From Takakia lepidozioides (lineage: Eukaryota; Plantae; Bryophyta), in the NCBI GenBank assembly GCA_030704615.1, contig CM060733.1:72912001-72976000 (forward strand): a DNA stretch of 64,000 nt. Direction: 5' to 3'. The notes below the pieces were generated by a model, which was given only the letters and a program-made list of their open reading frames with translations, did not search any database and was not told the DNA's origin. Below are positions 31,568-44,577 of the stretch, one piece after another; position 1 is the first letter of the stretch; each line of letters begins with the position of its first letter. Made by a program: the position numbers and the translations under genes.

Positions 31568-34500
31568 TTAGGTCTTCACCATGTATTTAGCCATGACAAC
31601 ACGCATTATCTCATTGGTTCCTTCCAACAAGGTATGAACTCGCAGGTCCCGAACATATCTTTCCACCTGTGAAAAAGAGACAGTTCAGATCAGCAGAGTT
31701 TCATAATGGTTCTTCAAGTGCTCAAACCCTTGATTATCCCTACACTTACGTTCATAGAACTTTTAGAATCTAACGAGGAGAGATAGACAGAACCAGTTTG
31801 CTCTTTGCACTTTGAAAACTCGTCTTATGTACTGGGCCGTATATGACAATCCACTTGTGGGTCCGTGGAGGTCCAGCAAGTGCTGAACAAAGGAATTGCT
31901 TCACCACCTGGCTTCCAGAAATGTCATAAAAAAGGACTGCCAATTCGGAAAGAAAAGAAAGGCATATCCAGGTGCGACAATGAGAAATGGGAAGGTCCAG
32001 CAAATTTACAACAGACAATGAACCACGTCCAAGGAAAAAAAAGTAAGTCTTTGCAAGTCCAAATATGACAGAACAGAGCAGATAAAGAAATACTGTCCAG
32101 AGAACACCAAACAAATAACGACCCATCACACCTACAGCCTTGCAAAGGAATGTACCCTGTAGTCTTTCAAATAGCCATAGCCACCATGAAGCTGTAGCGC
32201 ATCATTGCACACATCATAACAAGCATCTGTTGCAAATCTGCAAGATTGGGAATTAAACTGTTGAATATAATGAGCTGCTCATCACCCATGAACAAATAAG
32301 TCTCACTTTAGCTCTGGGGGTCATCAGCACGGACAATGCTGGTTGCTGGTTGAGGCCCAGAAAGATTAAGAGAAAACCACTGAATCTTTAGTCACTCTTT
32401 GCAACACATCCTGCACGCAGTTAGAGCAGAGCAGAGCAGAGCAGAGAAAAGCACCATAGTACATTGACAGAGTTCATTAGGTAGCTTTTGGCCACCTCTT
32501 TGCCATGGCTGCAGAAGGAGTAGCCCATGGGGATTTGGAGTCAAGGGCCAAAGCTGCACTGGCGACCAGCAAGCGGGATGCCTGAACAGATGTCATCATG
32601 TCTGCTAACTTGAACTGTGTGTTCTGAAAATCGATAATTGCCTTGCCAAACTGCAACCCATAACATTTACCTCATCAGACAGCAATGCAACTAGTAGAAA
32701 ACATAGGAACCTACACACACGTATTCATTTGCACTGAGACTCCATGTTTTAATAGAACCTGCTTTGCGACCTCTTTGAGGATCTCCCTACCAGTCGCCTT
32801 TTTATCTGCTCCTGTAACTAACATTGTTTATCATGACAAAAACGGTGATTTGATGATGATCTCCTACAGCTTCAATGTGGGTTGAATCCGATAGAAAAGC
32901 CACGCTCCGGTGGAGAGTTATTCATAATTATCTAATCACTCTAGACCTTAGATAAGGTCCTAGGAGATGTGGTTAACTGCCATTTACATATTAGATCAAG
33001 GAGCCTAATGTATCCAGAAGAAGACTAGCTGAGGAAGAGTAGGTGCAATCACTATATAGAGGAGAACACAGCAGAAGGCCTTACTTGCTTGCGAGATGAC
33101 ACGTATTCTTGTGCAGCGTCCAAGCAGAACTGAGCGCCACCGACACTGCCACACATCCCACCAGAATCCATTGGCTGCCATTACCAGCTATCTCCATCAT
33201 AGATGGTTGAGAAGGTTAAGACAGCACTGAACGCTTCATTAGTGGATACCCGGTCTCATGTATCTCTAGCTAGGAAATCAGTTCCAGTAAGTTGAATACC
33301 CAAAGTGCAGAAGCCTGCCTCATTGTAATCAAATCTGCTGGAATGTTTCCATGAACTGAGTTCAATAAACATCTAGAGGCATGCACTGGGCCACTTAATC
33401 GAGCGTGCAGACCATTGTGATGTATCACCCTCATATAAACTAGGAATCATACTATCAAACTCACATTTGTTTGTCCTTCTGACAGTAATTCTAAGAAGAG
33501 TGGTAAGCACTAAGTAAAGGCAGAGGAACTTTTCTACCTGCAAGAGGCAATGTTGATGCGACCCCCATCAAGGCCTGCCATAGCTATGCTGAAACCTTGG
33601 CCCTCTTTCCCTATTAAGTTCCTTTCAGGCACTCGCACATCTTCCAAAACAACCTGACACCTCCACTCCCCCATTGTCACCAGATAACCTTGGATTAAAA
33701 CGTTGAAACCTAGCACATGCACATGGATTCTGTGTTACACAGGACAGGTGCCTAGGTGGATCTCAAGTCTCAAGCAACGTCCTATGAAAGCCCAGGAATA
33801 AGAGTGAATTCGACTTTGGAAAGCTCAACTAAAAGGATAGGCCACCAGAGATAAGAGAGTCCAGCAGATTGCATGTTTGATCCTCACATACATTCGACTG
33901 CTGGGCACTTCAACAGAAATTGCAAGACTTTGATGTGAAACTTAGATGAAAACAAATTGTTGCATAGGAAGAATGAGAGTTTAACGAACAGCTGCAGTGG
34001 GTTGAGATCGCCACCCAAGCTTGTCCTCCTGTCGGCCAAATGATAGACCCTTGGTATCCTGCATGCCAACACATCAATGTTTCTATGCCATGAATTTGAC
34101 TCACCATGAAGTTCATCAAGTGGAAATGCACTAAAATTTGATTCAATGCAGTAAACTTTCCCTCTAGTCATAAACAAGCATAAAACAACATGAGACAGAG
34201 AACTGCACCTTTTCTACTAGGAAGCAGGAAATGCCCTTGGGGCCAGGAACACCCGTGCGAGCCATCACCAAGTAGACATCACTCACACCCCCTCCACTTA
34301 TAAATGCCTGTCACACCCTCCCATTTTACCCTCTCATCAGTTCTCCTGGAACCTATGGTGGACAAAATACATACCCTCAGCTTGCATACAAGCTCCAGCA
34401 ATGTCTGATTCGTGGACCCTTTTATGAAATGACATTCAAATCTCAGCTCTCAGACACAAGAATGAGATTCATGTCGAAAAGAAAGCGTGGTTGGAAACTC

Positions 34501-37500
34501 AAGGAAAATATCGCCCTTATTGTGCCTGCAAGATTAGAGGTTGACCTTCTCTCCTTTGAGTATGAAGTCAGTGCTTCCTGCCTCCTGTCTTGCTGTAGTC
34601 TGCCCACAGCCACAAAGGTATCAGTTCCTAAACGGAACATTAAGTGATGTAAAAAAAAGAAATGGTAAAAAAGTAAGAAAATAAAATAAAATGTTAGTAA
34701 CTTCCTTTCGTAGAGCTGTCAATGGGACATCACTTTCTCCCTCGGTGCCAACTGGGAGCGACCCATGGCAGTTACAAAGCCCATATCTGAACCGGAAGCA
34801 CCTCAATCACAGAGGGTCCAACATCCAAAGTTTCTAAAAGGACTTCATTACCGTCAGCGGTTAGCCCATTTAGTGCACACTGTGCCACTTAGATTATCAT
34901 GCCTCAAATCCTCGCCACCGCATTTGACCAGTTGGGTAGCACTTCTTGCATTGTTACTCAGCTCGTATGTCTCTTAGCCTGGTGTTTGTAGGCTCATGTC
35001 CCATAGAAGAAAGGGGTTATTTCCTGCTTACTGCAACAATGCGTCCATGCAATGCACCCCCCTTCCCCCACCTATTGACCAGTATACATGGCAAACGTCA
35101 GACTACAACCAGTAGTACATCACCTGAAGAGAGGCTGCGTCACTCCCACTGGACGGCTCTGTGAGGCAATAGGACGCCAACAGCTCCTGCAACCATTGTA
35201 AAGCAGACAAGCATCAGTGTTGCCGAGGGCTTTTCAGCTCAGGTTAACCGGATCAAGTTGAAAGGGAGAACCTGCTATTAGTTTAGGCAGACTATGTAAT
35301 GCACAAGAAGTAAGTCCCTTTCCCTCCTTAATCAGCTGGAACTTACGAATCATAAGCTACAGATATGCACAACACAGTCTTAGATCTCCTTGCATTTGGT
35401 CCGAAATTCCAGCTTTGAATACTGGTCACTACGCTGCTTTCCGTACTTTTCTAAAATTTCAACATGTGATTTGACCTGGGTTGAAAGCAAGAACCCCCTT
35501 TTCTGCCAATAAAGTGCCATTGTGGCTTCAGCCATATAGCTAAATTTACCTTATGTAGTTGTGTCCATGATGCACTAAAGCTCTTACCATGGACTGACAT
35601 GATTTAGCACATGTTTTGAAGAAACACAGTGAAAATGAGGAATCGCAGTCCCCAAAGCCTTGTATTAGGAAGAGACTTCTGGGGAAAAACATGGACATCA
35701 GGAATAGCACTCAAGAAGAGGCAACAAAGGAAGAAGCTCACCATGGATGTTAGCTCTGGAAGCCATTCCTGTCGCTGCTCCTCTGTGCCATATCTGCCAC
35801 ATAGTCTCAAACCAGGATCCTCTTATTTATATCATTCAAGAGCATCTACTTTGGGTAAATAACATTTGATAGTGCCAGCGACAATCAGAAGGTATGTGAG
35901 AGCATGTCTAGAGAAAGCAAAGGAAGAATTGAAGACATGCAGAGAGAAAAACAGGAGGCCAAAGGAGTCACTCACTGGTCGATAATGGAGGCGCACATGT
36001 TGTGGATTGTGAGAAACGCGGTAGTACTCACATCACCATACGCCAACGCCTCAAATATCAAGGCCCCATCCATCCGACGTAACCTGCCACATTGAACACT
36101 CTTAGACTCTAAAACCAAGACCCCAGACACACCCATACATCACCCCACACCCCGTCCCTTGTTTCCCAGAATTTGCAAAACTCTATCTTCTGAAGTGCCT
36201 CATGTACATCCTGTGTGGTGTAAAGAGTCGACAATAAAGATACTCAACAAATGGGTTTACTACTACCTGTGTCACTTAGTGGTTCCACGTAATTGCAGGA
36301 TAAGACATGCACACATGAAGGAGGAAAAGATGCACACTGTGGAAGAAAAGAAAGACAAAAAGAAGAAAAAGAAATGTATTAAATCTCCGGAAAAAGAAAC
36401 ACAGGGGAGAGACACACATGGAGAGAAACACAGAACTATAAAGAAAGAAATCTATAATGTATGTGGGAGGCCCACAGCAGAAAGGGGCTAGAGCAAGACA
36501 TACCCAGTCCCGCCAACATCATGGCCACAAAAGATCGCTCCAAAACCCAGCCGTGCTGCATTGCGCAGAACCTCCACAGGAAAATGCTTGTGTTCATCCC
36601 ACTCTGCCGCAAATGGCATAAGCTCCTTCCTTGCAAACTCCTGCCACCAATGGTATTGACAATCCAGTCAATCCGTGCAGGTAAAACCCCACTTGGCAAA
36701 GTATGAAATATTTCCTCTTTCTCTCTCTCCCATATATATTTATATTTTCTGGTTTTCTGTGGGTTTGTCTGCATGCACTCGCAACCCTGTGCTTATAGTG
36801 TGATGCTGGTGAGTGAGGAGTACCATCCAGTATTGCCAGCTCCTTCTATGTAAAGTTTTGCTTAGTACGTCTTTCACCGAGAAAACAGCAACAGGAGAAA
36901 AGTCATCACGTGGTCCTTGAGTAAGACTGACTCATGGTGGTTAGGATTTGAACCAGTATCGAACTGACTATGGCAAGTTCTTGGAAGCAAGTAATGTGAT
37001 TCAGGTCTGTGTAAGATGTCTGTGTAAGATATTAAATAAGGAAGTACAGGATATACATATAACAAAATCAGTTATCAATGGAAGATCACACTTCATAGTA
37101 TATGTGAAGTCTGGTCTTTTTTCTCTCACCAGGGCGGAGCACAAGTCATCAGGGCACGGCATATGCTAAGCTCATGTATAGCGCGGCACACAGAAATAAC
37201 ACGACCTATAGACCCAGAAATTCCGCTCACGTGTTCATCAGGAGGGGCATCGATGAGAGATCAAAAGGATGGAAAGGGAATGACAGATAAATCCCAAGCA
37301 TGCGACGAGGTGTGAATTGCTGTGAACCTAGGGAACAGCTCAAGGTGACTTACAGAGGCAAGGTCACGGAACTGTAATTGGTCAGACGTAAGGCGGTGGT
37401 CGTCCCATGTACGTAATTTCCCGCTCGTCGCACTCACATTCGTGGCCGAATGATCTGAGGCCGAAGCTGACGAGCATAATCGATAGGCTAGGGGGAAGGG

Positions 37501-37569
37501 CTTAGGTGAGAAAACGGCCTGTAATTGCGACAGACGTCGCAGTGCGGGAGATGCATGGGATGCAGTCAT
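31568..37569 (-). CDS. ACAD8: Mitochondrial acyl-CoA dehydrogenase, isobutyryl-CoA dehydrogenase (ACAD8/IBD)-like; 13 exons, 436 aa
   Basis: GT-AG exons 37569-37354, 36640-36504, 36083-35976, 35793-35742, 35186-35124, 34599-34546, 34307-34209, 34058-33990, 33653-33538, 33145-33085, 32650-32496, 32237-32156 and 31666-31568 sum to 1311 nt in one frame. Motifs: [84 protein letters not shown]. Arg/Ser-rich presequence. Confidence 0.93.
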
Positions 37570-39020
37570 GGTGATTTACCGGGATTCCTGATAGAAATCT
37601 CCCTTCGAAGTCCAGAGAGGAAGGATTATATGACAAGTAAACTTGCTATTCAGAACATTCAAGTCGATCTAAGTGGTGAACGGATTAACTTAGGTTGAAT
37701 CTGGTAGGATATTCACTGGAATTTTATTCCACGCAAGACATTGGAACGCAATCAACTGATTGTGCGTCAGCTGTGGGAATTCGGAGGAATAAACTGAGTA
37801 CTCCGGCCAAATAGCTATCTGACATGAACTGATCATTGTCAAAATCCAGGGCTGATATCAGCACATACGCAATCCCTCAAACTTTCGAAAGTTTCTTCTT
37901 AAGCAATCCACGCATGCAGCAACAGGTGTAGGTGAGGACACCGAAGCCCCACGATTCTCTGGCGGGAAAAGAAGCGCAACATGAATTCACAACGCTACGT
38001 AGAGCAGAAACTTGCGCCTACTCAATCTTTAAACCGAAACACACGTCTGACGATCCACACTTCCGACAACAGATTTCAACGTTTCTCAGAAGATAGATGA
38101 TTGAGAAGCTCGTGTGGGTACCACGACAGGGCTCTTGTGGGTGGCGTGTCCAGGTCCAGGGATCGGATGGATGCCGACTCTTTGACTTTCATACATCCAT
38201 TCCCTTTGTCATCTAAGTCTGCGATTCCCCACACGAGGTTGCCGAAGCCTACTGAGTAAATTCTGGTCGGGCATAGAGACAGTCTTTTCTTAGCGGGGAC
38301 GGGCCACGGAGCCCGTCGCCGTGGACGGTGATGGATGATGACTTATGTGGTCGTGAAGGGAATGCTATTTGGGCGGGGACAGAGACGGCTCATGCCACCA
38401 TCAATGGTGGCAGGCAAAGCATTATTCTCGGGCCATACACCCAACCATCCCTTAAAGCTTATCTCTGCTGCTGAACCCGCGTGGTAAACCGCCCCTGCCA
38501 CGTGGCGGGGCGTGGTTCCGCACGGTGCGGTCCACGATGTGGCCCTCTGGTCACTACGCCGGTCAATGCCGGCGACCGCCGGTCCACGGGCCAACGTTTT
38601 ATCCATCAGGTATTCACCCGCCCTTTATGCACGCTTGTACGCCTCGTGTCCCTGGACCACGCAGCCCTTGTACTTGCTCTCTGGTACGATAGAAAGGCAG
38701 CGCTGGCCCATGCAGCCCGTGCGCCGTGGTGCCAGCCCACGGCTGGCTCCCGCGTGTGGTTTTTTGAGTCGGCGCACATTAGAAAAGGCCCAGGAGTTTA
38801 ATGCGACCCCTTCGGTCCTGCCTGCGTGGCACCCCCCGCCACCCCAGCCGCACCCCTTCGCTGGCTCCTGCGCGGCTCGCGGTCGCTGCGCCCCCTCACC
38901 CCCGCGCCACCCCACCCCTTCCGCCACGCCCCCATCCTCCTGCCCGCCAACACCCCCCCGGCCCGCCCGCCGTCACCACACCACATGAACTCTGTGGCAC
39001 ATGACACCTGTCACCACCCC

Positions 39021-39890
39021 TGTCGAACGACTTTTACTTACCCATCCCTTCGCTATCCGAGGTGGAAACTCCAAGATAGAAGAGTTGGATATCTCTAAAC
39101 ACTCAGCCCGCTCAGAACAATCAGTCATGACCTACAACAAGTGTATCATGGAAGTGTTTCTTGTTTGTAATCCTTCTTGCCTTCATGTCAGCAAGTTACC
39201 TTATTTTAAGTATCAGATTGCTTCAGCAATCCACCAGGTTCCATTCACTCTTCCATTCATTCCACAGCTTCCCTCAAATCTTTCTACACAATGTGAGTAT
39301 GGAATATGTATCAGATTAAGTTATATCAAGTAACAGGCCGAAGCCATGGTGTCTCTAATTTGCTCTACAGTATCACCCTACAGCTTTGCATGTATCAAAC
39401 ATCTACAGATCGTCTCTCCTCCTTCACCGTGCTCTCCATCATTGCTCCCGTTCGTGCTCTCCGCCTGATCTCCTCTACTCCCGACCAAGAAGTGCTCTCT
39501 CCCAGAAGTGTCCTCCATGTTGCTGCTCTGCCTAATTTATCTGTAAACTGTTCTAACCACCTAACTAACTAATTGTCACCCAGGAAGTAAGCACGTTCCC
39601 TCTGCAAGTGTCGTTCCCTGCCAATGATAACCGTTCCCTATATATGCTGTGCCAAGCTGTGTCGGGCTGTGATTGTGACTGGTTGTGTCGGACTGTGTCG
39701 GGCTGTGACAAGCTGTGTCAAACTGTGTCAAACTGTGACTGACTATGTAAGCCTGTCTACCATCCCCAAGGCCTGTGCTAGTCCAAGTCTACCATACGTA
39801 AGTCTGTGATTAAGGGTACCCCACAAAACCCATAAAAGTGTCTAAGTCCCAGACAACCCTCTAGCATTATCCATCCCCCTCTCAAAAAAC
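39021..39890 (-). mobile_element. 3' LTR (family A, 39021-39866) with PPT (39867-39890)
   Basis: Minus strand GAGAGGGGGATGGATAA, then TGCTAGAGG...TCGACA; homologous to 18279-19219. Confidence 0.88.
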
Positions 39891-39897
39891 CGTGTCC

Positions 39898-40897
39898 TCA
39901 CGGTTTCCTGTTTAGGATTAGCAAATCTCTATGAACGAGGACCTTTCTGTCAGTGAGAGTCCCGTGGAGAGCTCTGTGTGCGAGCTCGAGCCCTGTCACT
40001 GGCTGGTGGAGAGGACTGATCACCAAATGGAAATGTCTGTCCCTCTTTTGGTTGATAAGGAGGTAACTTCTCAGGCATAGGAGATCCCCGTCGTTCCTTC
40101 TCTGCCATCTGTAGTGCATAGTCCTCTGCCATGTCAAAAGATTCCTCCATAGAACCAGTTGTATCTGAATCATCGTCCCCCCTGTTGCCTTTTGGTGCTC
40201 TGATCTTATGGGGCTTCTCGGGAATCCTGCGTGGCAACACAGTGTTTGCCCACCATATCTGGAAGCTTAAACTTTAGAACTTGCATCAATATCTTGCGAG
40301 CAAAATTAGTATACTCCCGAAGCTCCTTGTCCGTATAGGTGAGAAGTGTGTCAATGACCTTAGAACAGTGTAAGTATTTACAGGCTTCATGTCCCTTATA
40401 AAAAATATCGTCAAAGTCAAATTTTTCCTTGGCCAAACTGTCCAAAGCAAAATGAAACCAAGAACGAAGTTGAGGATCCTTCTGCAACATGACCTTCACA
40501 TCATACAGATATGTATGGGGTAGGAACTGAAGGTAAGATCCAATGATCCGCCAGTGGAATAACTCAGAAATCTGGACTGCATCTTCTGCTGCTCAATGTG
40601 ATAACGTGCAATGAAACAAGTAGCATAGTATAATCCACAACCCATGACCAAACTAGGTACCTCCTTGGTCTTGGTGTAGATGTACCCATGCACAATCTGG
40701 AAGACAATTAATTCCTTCAGCATAGTGCCTACCTCAGACCAGTACCTTGCAAAATGATGATCCTCCACATCAATCGATTGTGGCCTTTGGATAGGCATGA
40801 CGTGCAAACCCGAAACAATTACGCAGAGTCCAGGTCTTGCACGAACGATCATTTCCAGCATAGGGCGAATGAGGTGCATTGCACATTGTGGGGTCAA
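39898..40897 (-). pseudogene. Extra 3' ORF of LTR family A, second copy
   Basis: MLKELIVFQIVHGYIYTKTKEV...FKLPDMVGKHC...FDMAEDYALQMAEKERRGSPMPE, directly upstream of the PPT. Confidence 0.75.
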
Positions 40898-40899
40898 CC

Positions 40900-42582
40900 T
40901 CTCTTAAAGGGTCAAATCCCGTACACCTTGGCAGTCATGTTGTACGTGGAGGTCATACTCTTGCGTCCAGTGAATTGACAAACTGCTAGTAGGAGGAACG
41001 CAAGGTTGTTATACGATTTGGAGTACATCCCAGACACGTTCGGAATACAACCGGCTGCAACGTTAGAGGAACAACTGGCGGAAAGAGACCAGCGAATCAG
41101 GACCGACTAGACTGACAAACACTGCGCATAGCCGAGTTGGAAGCTACATTGCAAGACATGCCTCCAAACAATGAAGGCACTGTTGTCCACAATGAGGATC
41201 GAACAAACGTCGTGGACATGGACGCGGAGTTTGCGATGCCCGATCGCAGTCTCATCATTCAGGAAGTTACGGATGTCCTTGACCCTGTGGCCGATGAAAC
41301 CATGGTCGAGGAACAACGAATTGCGGATGAGAGAAGGAGGAAAAGAAAAGAACCAGTACTGGACACCGGGGAATGCTCGAGGGTCGCCATTCAAGCGGAG
41401 ATGAACTCGATATTAGATGTCGACCGCGTTACAAAGGAGCAGGACATTGTCATGGCAACTGCATGACGCTTGTCCAAAACGCTGGAGATTCAGGCATGGG
41501 TCCCATTGAATGGCGATTGGGAGAATTGGGTACAATGGGCGACCCATTTGGCCTCCAAAGAAGCACGGATAGAGCAGGCACTGTCAGGCTTGCAACGTGT
41601 CGCACGCATGTCGAATCGTAGCGTGGATAACATTTATGCCAACATGCAAAGGTATAATGATCTCCGCATCACATCAAGCGTGTTCGCCGGGTATACCAAC
41701 GCTTGCCTAGAATGCCGTACACCAATCCATTGCCGTTTCTATGAGCTGGTGGGCTTGGAGGATCGGATGCCCATAGGTTTTGAATACAATCGACACAACC
41801 TCCCATTGGATGGGCTACCATACACATTTCTGAATTGTGTGCATTGGGGCAAGAACTTGGTATGGGATGCAGACAGAGAGATGCATGACATACATGCCGG
41901 AAACCCGACATATATCAAAGATCCCCATTATTTCTGGATCACATCTGATTGGGAGATAACCATACGTGCGGGAGGTATTCGAGATTGGTGGGAGAGAGAG
42001 CAGTTTTGCCGCAATCTGGGTAGGCATTGGAGTCAAAGAAGGTCCAGGTTTATCCGGCTCCCATAGGTTCCATGGGTGCCGGAGGAGAACGAATTGTATG
42101 ACCGACAACCGATTGGGAGACATTTGTTACTGTCCAAACTGGAAGATGCTATAATATGTCAACGCCGAATGAATGATGAATACGAGGCGGCTTATCGACG
42201 AAACGACACAATGATTAGGGACAGGGCCCGCGAGAGGCAGTTGAAAAGTTTCAAAAGTACCATCAAGGCAGTTGTAGAGAAATGGAGGCGATTATGGACA
42301 GACCGTTATCATCGTGTTTCGGGGGCTGTATTGCTGGATGTGGATAGCCTCGTTGCTGATTTGCATGCAGCCCGAGCACTTGTTCTCGATCCACCTCCGC
42401 CACATCGTGAGAGTGAAGAAAAAAGTCAACTTTCGTCGCGAAGTAGGCGGATGCAGACCAGAATTGATCACATGTCATTGGGCCCCTCATTGACCACGAG
42501 ATCACGGTCGCAAGCTCTGGCAATTGGCAATGCAAATCAAGCCACAGCATCAAATTCCACATCCTCGGACAGTGACGACTAG
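40900..42582 (+). pseudogene. Unknown TE-associated protein; one frame 41137-42582 with two internal stops
   Basis: ORFs 41137, 41470 and 42076 share a frame and are separated only by TGA (41464) and TAG (42064). An upstream fragment LAVMLYVEVILLRPVN* is probably part of it. Confidence 0.5.
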
Positions 42583-43019
42583 GGCAGCATAGTACATATA
42601 CAATATGCATTTTTGTTGTACCTTGAATATTGTTGAAAAACACAGTGATGGTATTCCGCCAAGTTTGTATATCACCAATTTTGTTAATACACAATGCACA
42701 TGTGCGGCACCTGCCAATTTCAATTCCATGAACAGCGTTTTCTTCACATTTATACTCGTGTGATGGGGAAGAAGTAGTTCACCCTGTAAACAAATTTACA
42801 ATGGTGTCATATTTGATCATGACGTATATATGGGTATTTGCAATGAACTCCGAAAGCTGGAGAACAAGGAAAATTGATGTTAACAAATAAGTTATAACGA
42901 GTTACGAACGGTCCTCTTCCAAACAAATTTCGCCTGGTCCCTGCGTATTTCATAATCATTTCGCAAAATCTATGATCTTTCTACGAACGTACCCACAAAG
43001 TTCTCAAAACACAAAATAA

Positions 43020-43378
43020 TTTCGATTGATCTCACATTACACTGGGACGTATCAGAGGGTACATTGAACACACTGGCCAAGTTTCAAAGCAAACGAAAAT
43101 CATTTGGATGGGCAACCATCCGTTGGCCCATTGAACGAATTTCGATTGATCTCATATTACTCTGGGGCCTCTTACATGGCACACTAAACATAGTGGCCAA
43201 GTCTCAAAGCGAACCAAAATCATTTCGATGGCCAACCATCCATTGAGCCATTGAATGAATTTTGATTGATCTGATATTAGTCCGGGACCTGTGAGAGGGT
43301 GTCTGGAACTTGCTGGCAAAGTTTGGAAGCTAACAAAAATGATTTGGATGGGCAACCATCCGTTCACCCGTTGAATGT
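43020..43378. repeat. Three ~120-bp tandem repeats
   Basis: TTT.GATTGATCT...AAAAT.ATTT.GATGG.CAACCATCC.TT...TTGAA starting at 43020, 43140 and 43260. Confidence 0.85.
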
Positions 43379-44029
43379 ATTCTGTTGGAGCTACTATTGC
43401 TTTGGGATCTGTTGGACTGTGTTTCGCGTGCTCACGGTTTTTTTTTTTCATTTTGTTTTTGAATGGGGTGTGTAATGTAGCCATATGCAACGTGCATGCC
43501 AAATTTGGGAGCGATCAAAATTCATTTGGACCCAAAACGACAGTTTCTTCCCTGTTTTGCACTCCAAACTAGATTTGTGTTCTATTTCATGCACTCTTCA
43601 TAGAGAGTTCTGCAATAGTGAGCGAAGACAACTTCTTGAAGAACTCTGGGGACAAGTCTCGGTGCAAGTTCCAGTTGTGAGAGCTCCTGTAGAGTACGCA
43701 TAATCTGCAACACAATGATAGGATTGAGATAGTGGTAGTCACTAGGAGCTAATTCTTGATATGTATATATATATTTGGACTGTTTTTGTGATACATAGAT
43801 GTATTGTAGATTTGTTGGTTAGTGTGCAGTGTCTTAGAAATGTTATAATGTGGAGGTCCTAGGTTCAAATAGCGACGTTCCGGGAGCGACGTCTCTGTGA
43901 CTTCCCGACGTCGCAAAATGCCCCTGGCGCACCCTGGGCGCCATAGAGTATTTCCGTCACTAATCGCGACGGTTGGAGGTCGCTGGGGCATTGCTAACCC
44001 CCCCCCCCCCCCCCAACGTAGCAATGCAT

Positions 44030-44450
44030 TGACAAAAGAGCCTTTGTTCCGGAGGAACAGCTGGTGGCTACTTATTTGCACACGATGACTCTGATTTTCC
44101 AATCTTCATCACAGGAGGTGCAGGACTTGCCAACAACAGAAGGGACAGTGGCGGCCATATCACAACAATCACAACAGGTCGACACTGTTGATATCATGGC
44201 CTTGCAGCAATCTGCGGTTTGGGGGGATGCTGCTTTTAACCCACCTAAGACTCCTGCTGCACTTGAGTACAATCGAGCTATGATTATGTCCTTCAACCAA
44301 ATTCCCATTGTGATGGATTTGGCTTGGAAGGAATTCAGTCCTCCAGAGTCTTTGGCACAAATATCTATCAATGGCCTAAGTTTTGCAAAGCTGCATTGCA
44401 ACTTATTGTTGGACAATGGCTATAGTCTCAGGATGTCAAGCCCATTATGC
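44030..44450 (+). pseudogene. Third fragment of the family-A extra ORF, embedded in GC-rich repeats
   Basis: AVWGDAAFNPPKTPAALEY...FNQIPIVMDLAWKE matches 25340-25700. Confidence 0.7.
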
Positions 44451-44540
44451 TCTATAATCTACTTCCAGAATCAATTTTCTGCGATGCCCCCAGGACGCCG
44501 GGGAATCGCAAAAAAAAAAAAAAACAAAACAAAACAAAAC

Positions 44541-44577
<37 letters not shown>

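Noticed and set aside
18279-39866. One full-length LTR element between the two family-A LTRs
   Set aside because: PBS and PPT both face outward, so the order is wrong for a single minus-strand element. The LTRs are also clearly diverged.
41464-42066. Stops removed by U-to-C editing or readthrough
   Set aside because: Nuclear TE context; methyl-C deamination is the simpler explanation.
43740-43745. CACTA transposon terminus
   Set aside because: No matching TAGTG end with a 3-bp TSD, and the transposase is MULE-type.
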